Of a stretch of DNA of 64,000 nucleotides, positions 55,238-64,000 are shown piece by piece. The notes under the pieces are model-generated. The model ran no database searches and was not told the origin of the DNA. It saw only the letters and a list, made by a program, of their open reading frames with translations. The translations under genes and the position numbers were made by a program. The DNA comes from Patescibacteria group bacterium (GTDB lineage: Bacteria > Patescibacteriota > JABMPQ01 > JAHIRA01): assembly GCA_018818205.1 (NCBI GenBank), contig JAHISJ010000023.1, positions 10,600-74,599 on the forward strand. The letters run 5' to 3'. The number at the start of each line of letters is the position of its first letter. Positions within the stretch are counted from its first letter, which is position 1.

Positions 55238-55795
55238 ATGTCTGCAAACGATCTAAAAAAAGGCTCAGCGATTATTTTTAAAGGCGAACCTCACTCAGTG
55301 GTTGAGGCTAAATTTGTATTTCCTGGAAAAGGTCAAGCCTTTGTTAAATCAAAACTCAAAAATCTAAAAACAGGCAATGCTCTTGAACATGTATTTAAAT
55401 CGAATGATTCAGTTGAGGAGGCCGATGTAACGCTCAGAAAAACCACCTATCTCTATGCAGATGACGAGAACTTTTACTTTATGGATCCCGAAACGTACGA
55501 TCAGCAACCAATTCCTCGTGATATTATTGGTAACAGATACGCGTTTATGAAGGAAAACAGTGAAGTAAAAGGCGTCTATCTTGAGGGAACTATATTTGAT
55601 ATTGAGCTGCCGCCAAAGCTCGTCTTTAAAGTCGTTGAAGCACCACCGGGAGTAAAAGGTGACAGTTCAACAAATGTGACCAAAAAAGTCACTATAGAAA
55701 CAGGCGGCAAAGTAGCTGTACCTCTTTTTATCAATGAGGGCGATAAGATTAGAGTTAAGACTGATACAGGGGAGTACGTTGAGAGAGTGAAGTAA
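55238..55795 (+). CDS. efp: translation elongation factor P
   Basis: MSANDLKKGSAIIFKGEPH.., modification loop FPGKGQAFVKSKL (Lys in PGKGQ equals E. coli K34 position). Three OB/KOW domains. Confidence 0.9.
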   Translation: MSANDLKKGSAIIFKGEPHSVVEAKFVFPGKGQAFVKSKLKNLKTGNALEHVFKSNDSVEEADVTLRKTTYLYADDENFYFMDPETYDQQPIPRDIIGNRYAFMKENSEVKGVYLEGTIFDIELPPKLVFKVVEAPPGVKGDSSTNVTKKVTIETGGKVAVPLFINEGDKIRVKTDTGEYVERVK

Positions 55796-55912
55796 ATATT
55801 CGGGAAGACGCTCTTCATGTAATGAAAATTGAAAATTATTCTGATTGCTTAACCACGTCACTATTGCTATAATAAACGTGGTTTTTTAGCTGTGCAAAAA
55901 TAATTAAAACAT

Positions 55913-56941
55913 ATGCCGATAAAATTTGCTATCAATGGATTTGGCCGTATTGGTCGTCCTACCTTTAAAGTTGCGATTGAAAATCCTGATATTGACATTG
56001 TCGCAATTAATGATTTGACCGACAACAAGATGCTTGCGCATCTGTTAAAATATGACACCAATTATGGCACACTCGATAAAACAGTTGAGGCACAAGATGA
56101 CAAGCTTATAGTCGACGGCAAAGAATATCATGCTTTTTCTGAGCCTGATCCTGCCAAGCTTCCTTGGAAGGAGCTTGGTGTTGATGTTGTATTAGAATGT
56201 ACCGGTGTTTTTAGAAAGTATGAGGACGCAAAAAAACATCTTGATGCTGGTGCAAAGCTGGTTATTATCTCTGCGCCGGGAAAAGGCGGTCCAATAAAAA
56301 CGTTTGTTCGTGGTGTTAATGACAATGAGTTTGATCCCAAGGAAAACACAGTGATTGACAATGCATCCTGTACCACGAACAGTATTGCCCCGGTCATTAA
56401 AGTATTGCAAGAGAGTGTAGGAATAGAAAAAGCATTCTTAACAACAATCCATTCATATACCGCGGATCAAAACTTAGTTGACGGTCCACACAAAAAAGAC
56501 TTAAGACGCGCTCGTGCCGCTGCCGTAAACTTAATTCCAACATCAACGGGAGCCGCAACGGCAACGTGTGATGTCGTAAATGGCATTGAGCCTGCCGTCT
56601 TTGATGGCCTCTCTATCCGTGTACCTACCCCGGTTGTTTCTCTCTCAGACGTTACCGCGGTAACAAAAGAAGACGTAACGGTAGAGAAAGTAAATGAGCT
56701 AATAAAGAATGCAGCGGGGACCGATGAATACAAAGGGATTATCCGGTATACGGAAGAAGAGCTCGTTTCATCTGATATAAAGGGAACTACCTATTCAGGC
56801 GTATTTGATTCAAAATTAACAAACGTTGTTGGTGGTAATTTGCTTAAAGTGATTATTTGGTATGACAATGAGTGGGCATATTCAGTGAGACTGGTGGATC
56901 AGGCTATTGAGTATGGGAAAAAGATAGTTAGTGGTGTTTAA
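55913..56941 (+). CDS. gap: glyceraldehyde-3-phosphate dehydrogenase
   Basis: INGFGRIGR (NAD), ASCTTNSIAP (catalytic Cys), WYDNEWAYS. Confidence 0.95.
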   Translation: MPIKFAINGFGRIGRPTFKVAIENPDIDIVAINDLTDNKMLAHLLKYDTNYGTLDKTVEAQDDKLIVDGKEYHAFSEPDPAKLPWKELGVDVVLECTGVFRKYEDAKKHLDAGAKLVIISAPGKGGPIKTFVRGVNDNEFDPKENTVIDNASCTTNSIAPVIKVLQESVGIEKAFLTTIHSYTADQNLVDGPHKKDLRRARAAAVNLIPTSTGAATATCDVVNGIEPAVFDGLSIRVPTPVVSLSDVTAVTKEDVTVEKVNELIKNAAGTDEYKGIIRYTEEELVSSDIKGTTYSGVFDSKLTNVVGGNLLKVIIWYDNEWAYSVRLVDQAIEYGKKIVSGV

Positions 56942-56968
56942 GTAAAAATTATAGCTAAATCGATAACA

Positions 56969-58432
56969 ATGGTAAGAGAAGCTCCTGGACCAGAAATAGA
57001 AGGATATAACAAGGAAATACAAAAAGGAACAAAGGAACAAATAGTTCTTATAGAAGGTCCTGAATATAAATACTGGGAAATTCCTGAAGAAATAGAGAGG
57101 ACTGGAGAAATCGCCGTATCTCAGGATGGGAGTCAGCTTATGCTTGGTAAGCTTAAAGAAGGGGGAGAAGCAGTATTTGTGAACTTCAGAAAGGGAAGTG
57201 TCTTTGAAAGGGTTAAGGATTTACAGTGGGCGCAAGATTCAAGTGATTTTGTTTATATCGGAAAAAGATATCACATTGATGAGGAGGTGCCGTCAGGCGG
57301 AGAGATTGCCGAGGAAGGAGACTTAGATGATCTTGAAGTGTTAATATGCAACGGAGAGGAGGTTTTTCAGAGCAAATCGTTGTCCTTTCCCGCGATTAAT
57401 CCAAACGGAGAAACTTTTTCTTGTGTTAAAAATCAGAAAGGAGACAAGGGAGATTGGTCTTTGTGGGGAGGAGCGTTAATTATTAATGGGAAACGTCGAA
57501 CAAGTCCTGAACGTTCAGTAACACTTATGCATCGAGGTATACAGTATTCTCTTGATGGTAAAAAAATTGCTGTAGACTATTCTTCTCGTCTTGACAGGGA
57601 AGATGAGAGAACAAGAGAAAATATGACAGCAATTTTGGATGAGGAGAATCAATATCATATTATTCCCGCTCGTGATACAAGAAACTCGCAATTTTCCCCA
57701 GATAGCAACGATTTTTACTGCACGGGAATAGATTTCCGTACAGAGATTCCCACCATTTACAAAAATGAAGAAGGGATTTTCGAAGGAGACCCCGATGAAC
57801 AAGGGTATTATTCAAATCTCAAAGTTGCACCGGATTCAACACATTGTGCGTATACGCATGTAATTGCAAGAGAGAATGCAGCAGAAAGTTCACGTTTTCA
57901 ATGCATGATAAATGGGGAAAGACGGGGTGAGCCGGTGAACGATATGGGTGCTTTTGTATGGTCACGCGATTCATCTAAAGTTGCCATAGAGACAAAATCA
58001 TGGAAAGGGGATACAAAAGATTCTAAGAATATAAGAGAATCTATACGAGAGTACTCGGTTAAATCTAACGATGAGCATCGAGGAAAGGAATATGACTCAG
58101 TAAGTTTGCCAACATATTCGTCAGATGGCAAGCATCTCGCCTATTTTGCTTCAAATGACAGTACAGGATTTATGCTAGTATTTAATGATGAGGAATATCC
58201 ACTATATGATAACGAAACAATGTCCACAAAAACTGATCAAGTAGGAAACAGGCCCCTAGATTTACGTTTTGAGGAAGAAACCGTACAAGGAACTGCAGTA
58301 AGTCTTGAAGCAACATTTAAAATTGATGGGAGAATTGCAGTGCGAACATTTATGTTCAGCGAAGCGGTTGATCCAGTAAAAAGAGAACAATTAGAACTTG
58401 AAGATGGGCTCTTTTCACTTGATAGTGATTAA
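56969..58432 (+). CDS. cytoplasmic PD40/TolB-like beta-propeller repeat protein (487 aa), unknown function
   Basis: No signal peptide. Repeated S-x-DG/PD-x-x-hydrophobic blades: SQDGSQLML, NPNGETFSCV, SLDGKKIAVD, SPDSNDFYCTG, APDSTHCAYT, SRDSSKVAIE, SSDGKHLAYFA. Confidence 0.5.
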   Translation: MVREAPGPEIEGYNKEIQKGTKEQIVLIEGPEYKYWEIPEEIERTGEIAVSQDGSQLMLGKLKEGGEAVFVNFRKGSVFERVKDLQWAQDSSDFVYIGKRYHIDEEVPSGGEIAEEGDLDDLEVLICNGEEVFQSKSLSFPAINPNGETFSCVKNQKGDKGDWSLWGGALIINGKRRTSPERSVTLMHRGIQYSLDGKKIAVDYSSRLDREDERTRENMTAILDEENQYHIIPARDTRNSQFSPDSNDFYCTGIDFRTEIPTIYKNEEGIFEGDPDEQGYYSNLKVAPDSTHCAYTHVIARENAAESSRFQCMINGERRGEPVNDMGAFVWSRDSSKVAIETKSWKGDTKDSKNIRESIREYSVKSNDEHRGKEYDSVSLPTYSSDGKHLAYFASNDSTGFMLVFNDEEYPLYDNETMSTKTDQVGNRPLDLRFEEETVQGTAVSLEATFKIDGRIAVRTFMFSEAVDPVKREQLELEDGLFSLDSD

Positions 58433-58453
58433 TTTTATAATTCCAGAAGTGCT

Positions 58454-59629
58454 ATGATAAAAAAAACAATCAAAGATATAGGTGTTAAGGATAAAAGTGT
58501 TCTTGTCCGAGTGGATTACAATGTTCCCCTTGATGATGAGGGCATTATTGTTGATGATAATAGAATCAAAGCATCGCTGCCCACACTGACGTACTTAATT
58601 GATCATGGAGCAAAAGTAATAGTGGTTACTCACGTAGGTCGTCCCAAGGGTATTGTTGAAGAAAAGTTAAAGACAGACAATGCAGCAAAGGAACTCTCCA
58701 CATTGCTTGGCAGAGAAGTAAAAAAAGTAAATGACTGCGTTGGCCCGGAGGTAAAAGAAGCTGTTTCCCAGATGAAAGAGGGTGACGTGCTCATGCTTGA
58801 AAACGTTAGGTTTAATAAGCAAGAAAAAGAAAACGATCCGGATTTTGCCAGAGAGCTTGCTTCGCTTGCTGATATTTTTGTACTTGATGGATTTGGTGTT
58901 TCTCATAGAGACCAAACCTCTGTAACGGGCGTGACGCACTATTTGCCCTCTGTTTTGGGGCTACTTATGGAAAAAGAGGTAGAAACACTTACCAAGGTTC
59001 GTGAAAATCCAGAAAAGCCACTTATCGTTGTTATGGGAGGAGTCAAGCTGGAAACCAGGATTCCCATGATCGATGAATTTGTGGAAAAAGCAGACAAGAT
59101 TCTTTTTGGCGGTGCCATGATTTTTACCTTTTTTAAAGCAATGGGCAAGGAAATTGGTAGTTCACTTGTTGATGAGAACTTTGTAGATGCTGCAAAAAAA
59201 ATTCTAGAAAAATACCCAGATAAGCTGGTGTTTCCTCAAGATGTGGTTGTTGCACTAAAGCTAGAAGAAGGAGTAGAGTCGCAAATAGTTTCTATTGATG
59301 ATATCCCACCAGATATGATGGGGCTTGATGTTGGCCCAAAGACGGTAGATAGCTTTTACAATGAATGTAGGGACGCAAAAACGATTATTTGGAATGGCCC
59401 GCTCGGTGCCTTTGAGATACCCCCATTTGATAAAGGAACCAAGGAATTTGCTGAAAAAATAGCTACCCTTTCAGCATTTACGCTCATTGGTGGTGGAGAT
59501 ACTGCTGCCGCTTTAGAAAAGGACGGTCTTGATCAAAAAATGGATTTTGTGTCGACCGGAGGCGGTGCATCGCTTACTCTTCTTGAAGGTAAAAGTCTCC
59601 CTGGATTTGAAGCGCTAAATGATGCATAA
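58454..59629 (+). CDS. pgk: phosphoglycerate kinase
   Basis: VLVRVDYNVPLDD, VGRPKG, LENVRFNKQE, WNGPLGAFE, STGGGASLTLLEGK. Confidence 0.95.
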   Translation: MIKKTIKDIGVKDKSVLVRVDYNVPLDDEGIIVDDNRIKASLPTLTYLIDHGAKVIVVTHVGRPKGIVEEKLKTDNAAKELSTLLGREVKKVNDCVGPEVKEAVSQMKEGDVLMLENVRFNKQEKENDPDFARELASLADIFVLDGFGVSHRDQTSVTGVTHYLPSVLGLLMEKEVETLTKVRENPEKPLIVVMGGVKLETRIPMIDEFVEKADKILFGGAMIFTFFKAMGKEIGSSLVDENFVDAAKKILEKYPDKLVFPQDVVVALKLEEGVESQIVSIDDIPPDMMGLDVGPKTVDSFYNECRDAKTIIWNGPLGAFEIPPFDKGTKEFAEKIATLSAFTLIGGGDTAAALEKDGLDQKMDFVSTGGGASLTLLEGKSLPGFEALNDA

Positions 59630-59682
59630 TCACTATGAGTTCATCAGTGTAATTTATTTTAGAGTGTAATTAACCAGGTACT

Positions 59683-60297
59683 ATGCCAGATATAACTAAA
59701 GCAAACATTCAAGCGTACGATAAAACAGCAAAGGAGTATGACGAGTGGGCAAACTCCTATAATATGCAATCGGCATATGAGCAGTTTAGGGAGTATATGG
59801 ATAAGACTGAGGGAGTCATTATTGATGTCGGCTCAGGAACGGGAAGAGATGCAAGAGCACTTACTGATAGTGGATACGAGGTACATGGCGTTGATCTTTC
59901 AGATAACATGCTTCAAATCGCAAAGATTAAAGCCAGAAACGCTACGTTCCATAAAATGGACTTTAGGCACCTGGAATTTGATGACAACCATTTTGATGGT
60001 TTTTGGGCAAATGCGAGTTTATTTTTGGTCGTAAGACCTGAGCTCGAGGAGTCAATAAAAGAACTCTACCGTGTAACCAGGAAGGGTGGCACCGGATATT
60101 TGTCATTTGAAGAGGGGGAAGGTCTAAAAATAAAAGAAGTAGATAAAGAGACAAAAAAGCAGCAGGAGCTGTATTCATATTCTGAAGTGAGAGATTTGCT
60201 GAAAGAAGTAGGTTTTAGGGTTCTTATGACAGAGAGAAAAGAAGATCAAAAGCGAAAGGGCCTCTTTTGGCTCAGATATTTTGTAAGAAAAGTATAA
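59683..60297 (+). CDS. class I SAM-dependent methyltransferase
   Basis: Motif I VIIDVGSGTGRDARAL, motif post-I GVDLSDNML, DGFWANASL. Confidence 0.7.
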   Translation: MPDITKANIQAYDKTAKEYDEWANSYNMQSAYEQFREYMDKTEGVIIDVGSGTGRDARALTDSGYEVHGVDLSDNMLQIAKIKARNATFHKMDFRHLEFDDNHFDGFWANASLFLVVRPELEESIKELYRVTRKGGTGYLSFEEGEGLKIKEVDKETKKQQELYSYSEVRDLLKEVGFRVLMTERKEDQKRKGLFWLRYFVRKV

Positions 60298-60314
60298 AAA
60301 ATAACATCAGAGAA

Positions 60315-61559
60315 ATGTCGACAAAAATAACAGAACTAAAGGCAGTAGAGATCCTTGATTCAAGGGGAAATCCTACGCTAAAGGTTAAAGCGCTTCTTGC
60401 AAATGGAAGCTTTGGTTTTGCCTCAGTCCCTTCTGGCGCGTCAACAGGTGTGTTTGAAGCAGTTGAGCTTCGCGATGGCGATGAATCGCGGTATGGTGGC
60501 AAGGGAGTTACTAAAGCGGTAGAGCATGTTAACTCCATTCTCAATGATGAGCTTAGGGGGTTTGATGCTGAAAATCAAGAAGCACTTGATACAAAAATGA
60601 TAGAGATTGATGGCACGGAGAATAAAGGGCGACTCGGTGCTAATGCTATTCTTGGGGTGTCACTTGCAGCAGCAAAGGCAATAGCATGGTCACATAACAT
60701 GCAACTGTATGAATACATTAAGAAGCTTACCGGCAATGATTCATTTTCTTTCCCTCGTCCAATGATGAACATCATTAATGGAGGTAAACATGCAGACTCA
60801 GGGCTTGATATTCAGGAATTTATGATTATGCCAAAAAAGCAAGAGATGTCAGAAATGGTAAGGATTGGTGCTGAGGTTTTCCATACATTAAAGAAAGTGC
60901 TTCAAGAAAAAGGAGAATCAACCGGTGTTGGCGATGAGGGTGGTTTTGCGCCAAAGCTCAGTGAAAACAAAGAAGCACTTGAGTTGATTATGACCGCTAT
61001 AGAAAAAGCAGGCTATACGCCAGGTGAGGATATTACTATTGCGCTTGATTCTGCTGCAGCCTCATTTTACAACAAGAATGAAAATATTTATGAGATGAGC
61101 TCCGGTAAACGCTCAACAGAGGAACTCCTTGATTACTACAGTGAACTTACTGAAAGCTTTCCAATAATCTCCATTGAAGATCCGTTTGACGAAAACGATT
61201 GGGATGGATTTATAATGATGACAGAAAAGTACGGCGATACTCTTCAGATCGTGGGGGATGATCTCTTTGTAACCAATCCTAAAATACTCAAACGGGGTAT
61301 AGAAGAAAAAGCAGCGAACGCAGTGCTCATAAAGCTCAACCAAATCGGAACATTAACTGAGACGATTCAAACTATTAATCTTGCAAAAGAAGCTGATTTC
61401 AAGACTATTATTTCTCATAGATCGGGTGAAACATGCGATACGACAATCGCAGATCTTGCATACGGTTCAGCAGCAGGGCAGATAAAGACAGGGTCGCTTT
61501 CCAGAAGTGAGCGTATCTCAAAGTATAATCGGTTGCTTGAAATTCAATACCGGTTTTAA
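60315..61559 (+). CDS. eno: enolase. Start at internal ATG 60315; the ORF-track start at 60267 overlaps the methyltransferase.
   Basis: ILDSRGNPTL, GASTGVFEAVELRDGD, IEDPFDENDWDGF, ISHRSGETCDTTIADLA, IKTGSLSRSERISKYN. Confidence 0.95.
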   Translation: MSTKITELKAVEILDSRGNPTLKVKALLANGSFGFASVPSGASTGVFEAVELRDGDESRYGGKGVTKAVEHVNSILNDELRGFDAENQEALDTKMIEIDGTENKGRLGANAILGVSLAAAKAIAWSHNMQLYEYIKKLTGNDSFSFPRPMMNIINGGKHADSGLDIQEFMIMPKKQEMSEMVRIGAEVFHTLKKVLQEKGESTGVGDEGGFAPKLSENKEALELIMTAIEKAGYTPGEDITIALDSAAASFYNKNENIYEMSSGKRSTEELLDYYSELTESFPIISIEDPFDENDWDGFIMMTEKYGDTLQIVGDDLFVTNPKILKRGIEEKAANAVLIKLNQIGTLTETIQTINLAKEADFKTIISHRSGETCDTTIADLAYGSAAGQIKTGSLSRSERISKYNRLLEIQYRF

Positions 61560-61588
61560 TACTATTTGAAGAGTAGGAATGAACGAGA

Positions 61589-63172
61589 ATGGATAAAAAA
61601 AAGCCGGTAGTACTTGTAATACTTGATGGCTGGGGCGTTGCCCCACCTTCTCCAGGGAACGCAATAACTATTGCACGTACCCCCGTTTTTGATGCGCTCA
61701 TAAACGAGTATCCTCGTGCAACCATTCAAGCTGCTGGTGAGGCAGTTGGGCTACCCTGGCAGAATATGGGCAACTCTGAGGTGGGCCATATGAACATTGG
61801 TTCCGGACGTATTATGTATCAGGAGTTACCGCTTATAAATAAGGCTATTCGTGATGGTTCGTTTTTTGAAAACCAGTCGTTTAAGAATGCTGTTCGTCAT
61901 GTAAAACGATTTCACTCAAAATTGCATCTTATGGGACTTTTGAGTAAAGGGGGTGTGCATGCCCAGATTAATCACATTTATGCGCTCCTTGAACTTGCAA
62001 AGAGGCAGGGGCTTAGAAAGGTGTACTTACATCTATTTCTTGATGGGAGAGATGCGCCAAAGGATTCTGCGCTAGACTACTTGACTGAACTTACGCAGAA
62101 AATGAAAGAACTTGGCATAGGTGAGATTGCGAGCATCACTGGAAGATTTTACGCAATGGATCGAGACAGAAGATGGGATAGGGTTCAAAAGGCGTATGAC
62201 GTACTCATTTTTAGTAAAGGGAAGAAGGCAGGAAACCCAATATATGCAGTAAAAAAGGCCTATCAACAAAACGTATTTGACGAGGAATTTCCACCAACAG
62301 TTGTTACAAAAAAAGGTGAACCTGTCGCAAGAATTGACACTAACGATGCTCTCATCTTCTTTAATTTTAGGGCAGACAGGGCGCGACAACTATCTGAGGC
62401 ACTCACAGATAAGAATTTCAATGCGTTTAAGCCAGTTAAGCGGCTAGACAATCTCTACATGGTGACTATGACTAAGTATAATCAAGAGTCTGCTTGTCAC
62501 CCAGCGTATGTTAGAGAAGAAATAAAAAATACATTAGGCGAAGTGATTTCAAGAAAGTCGCTTAAGCAAGTACGCATTGCAGAGACAGAAAAGTATGCTC
62601 ACGTCACGTATTTTTTTAATTGTGGGCGTATTGATCCGTACAAAAATGAAATGAGGGAGCTCGTGTCATCGCCACCCATTTCTAGCTATGCAAGAAAGCC
62701 TGAGATGAGCGCCCCAGAGGTAACAAAAAAGGCATGTGATGCACTCAAAAAAAATGTGTACGATTTTTATTGCATAAATATTGCAAATCCAGATATGGTT
62801 GGTCATACAGGAGAACTTAAAGCAGCTATTTTGGCTGTTGAATCCGCAGATAGGTGCCTTGGAAAGATTGTAAATGAAGTTATAAAAAAAGATGGTCTAC
62901 TAGTTGTTACTGCAGATCATGGAAATGCCGAGGTTATGATTGATTTGATATCAGGAGATGAAGACAAAGAACATACTGCGTTTCCTGTGCCATTTATTTT
63001 TATGACAAAAGATGCACAAGGCAAACCAATCACTTCAATAGAAAAAAAGAATCTTCACTCGCTTGCACCGATCGGTGTTCTTGCAGATGTCGCACCGACC
63101 ATATTAGAATCGCTGGCGCTTGATATTCCAGAGGAGATGACCGGTATCAGCTTAATAAATACTATTCTTTAA
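61589..63172 (+). CDS. gpmI: 2,3-bisphosphoglycerate-independent phosphoglycerate mutase
   Basis: PVVLVILDGWGV, GNSEVGHMNIGSGR, TADHGNAE, ADVAPTIL (iPGM metal-binding and catalytic Ser region). Confidence 0.9.
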   Translation: MDKKKPVVLVILDGWGVAPPSPGNAITIARTPVFDALINEYPRATIQAAGEAVGLPWQNMGNSEVGHMNIGSGRIMYQELPLINKAIRDGSFFENQSFKNAVRHVKRFHSKLHLMGLLSKGGVHAQINHIYALLELAKRQGLRKVYLHLFLDGRDAPKDSALDYLTELTQKMKELGIGEIASITGRFYAMDRDRRWDRVQKAYDVLIFSKGKKAGNPIYAVKKAYQQNVFDEEFPPTVVTKKGEPVARIDTNDALIFFNFRADRARQLSEALTDKNFNAFKPVKRLDNLYMVTMTKYNQESACHPAYVREEIKNTLGEVISRKSLKQVRIAETEKYAHVTYFFNCGRIDPYKNEMRELVSSPPISSYARKPEMSAPEVTKKACDALKKNVYDFYCINIANPDMVGHTGELKAAILAVESADRCLGKIVNEVIKKDGLLVVTADHGNAEVMIDLISGDEDKEHTAFPVPFIFMTKDAQGKPITSIEKKNLHSLAPIGVLADVAPTILESLALDIPEEMTGISLINTIL

Positions 63173-63183
63173 CTACACTTTCA

Positions 63184-64000
63184 TGGCAGAAAAGAAATAT
63201 GAAGTCATAACTATAGGCGGGTCAACACTCGATATTTTTATGAAGGACGGTGAGTTTGAAATCTCAAAAAAGGTGGATGATACAGAGCAGCTTTGTATGA
63301 CGTTTGGCGATAAAATTATTGTTGACGATGTACATTTTACTTACGGTGGAGGCGGCATGAACACAGCGGTATCTTTTGCGTACCTCGGTCTAAGTACTGC
63401 ATTTATTGGTATTGTTGGCGATGATGAAATAGGAAAAGGTATTTTAAAGAGGGTAGAGGAAAGAGGTATTGCACATGAATACATTACGGAAAGCAATGAA
63501 GGTAAAAGCGGGCTTTCTGTTGCATTGCATGCAGGTAAGCGTGAGAGAACACTTTTATTGTTCAGAGGTGTAAATGATCAGCTAAAGCCTACATACTTAA
63601 AAGAAGAGGTATTAAATAGTTCTAAATGGCTATACCTTTCACATCTTTCCGGGGACAGTGATACCTGTATTGAGAAATTTGCATCGTTTCTGGGAGATCA
63701 CCCAGAAACATTCCTTGCGTGGAATCCAGGATCAACACAACTTAAAAAAGGCATTGAGCATCTCTCTTCACTACTCGCACATACGACTATTTTAAACATC
63801 AATAAAGAAGAAGCGGAATTGTTGTCAGGGCTAAGTATTGCGCGTGATCCAAATCTCAAGGAATTTCAAATAGACGATCTTACCCCAATTCATGAAAAAC
63901 TAAGCGCGCTCGGTCCAAAAATTGTTGTTATAACCGATGGCAAAAAAGGAGCGAGTGTGTATGAGGATGGAAACACTAGTACGTCAGAAAATCATGAAAT
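63184..64000 (+). CDS. PfkB-family carbohydrate kinase (ribokinase-like), 3' end beyond the window
   Basis: VITIGGSTLDIF.., GGGGMNTAVSFAYLG (GG motif). The open frame continues to the window end. Confidence 0.7.

Noticed and set aside
1-64000. CRISPR array / cas genes
   Set aside because: No series of regularly spaced short direct repeats was found. The only tandem repeat (19076-19226) is in-frame coding sequence, and the palindromic repeats are single copies spaced kilobases apart.
1-64000. Alternative genetic code (UGA recoding as in some CPR lineages)
   Set aside because: Conserved genes (ftsA, ftsZ, fusA, tuf, r-proteins) translate full-length with standard stops and no in-frame TGA interruptions. 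The standard code is assumed.

Overview
This 64-kb window comes from a low-GC (roughly 38-40 % by eye), very gene-dense bacterial chromosome, coded almost entirely on the + strand.

**Backbone.** The genes are housekeeping. A 5'-truncated pgpH-like 7TM-HD gene is followed by ybeY and dgkA, then ftsA-ftsZ, a DUF167 gene, ComEC (split into two overlapping ORFs), a divergent pair of GT4 glycosyltransferases, and ndk. Two tRNA-Pro genes (anticodons GGG and CGG) bracket an orphan CheY-like receiver. An FMN reductase and an M50 protease follow. Then comes the translation super-cluster: rpsL-rpsG, an insertion, fusA, a second insertion, tuf, and rpsJ through rplO, followed by secY, adk and map. L30 is absent, S14 is the Zn-ribbon Z type, and several r-proteins carry Lys-rich tails. 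This pattern, together with small genes and start/stop overlaps, fits a reduced-genome lineage such as CPR/Patescibacteria. That assignment is inference only. After map come ruvX, a GT2, galT, a small membrane protein and tpiA. Next are two giant hypothetical proteins flanking a DUF1801 gene, then epmA-efp, gap, a PD40-like beta-propeller gene, pgk, a methyltransferase, eno, gpmI and the start of a PfkB-family kinase.

**Accessory signals.**
- A 7.7-kb block of seven unknown ORFs (membrane-anchored propellers and giant acidic coiled-coil proteins) splits rpsG from fusA.
- A 4.8-kb region splits fusA from tuf. It is punctuated by three copies of a GC-rich palindrome. It carries msrB-msrA, a very AT-rich membrane-protein gene bounded by 29-bp terminal inverted repeats, and a secreted protein with an internal domain duplication and an OMP-like C-terminal Phe.
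- A tRNA-Pro-adjacent antisense two-gene operon with its own terminator, and no recognisable homologs, sits between 12515 and 13432.
- A translationally coupled run links tpiA, a 772-aa protein, DUF1801, a 1122-aa protein with an atypical kinase-like C-terminus, epmA and efp.

No CRISPR array, rRNA, transposase or integrase was recognised. All functional calls rest on motif reading by eye; no database search was possible.
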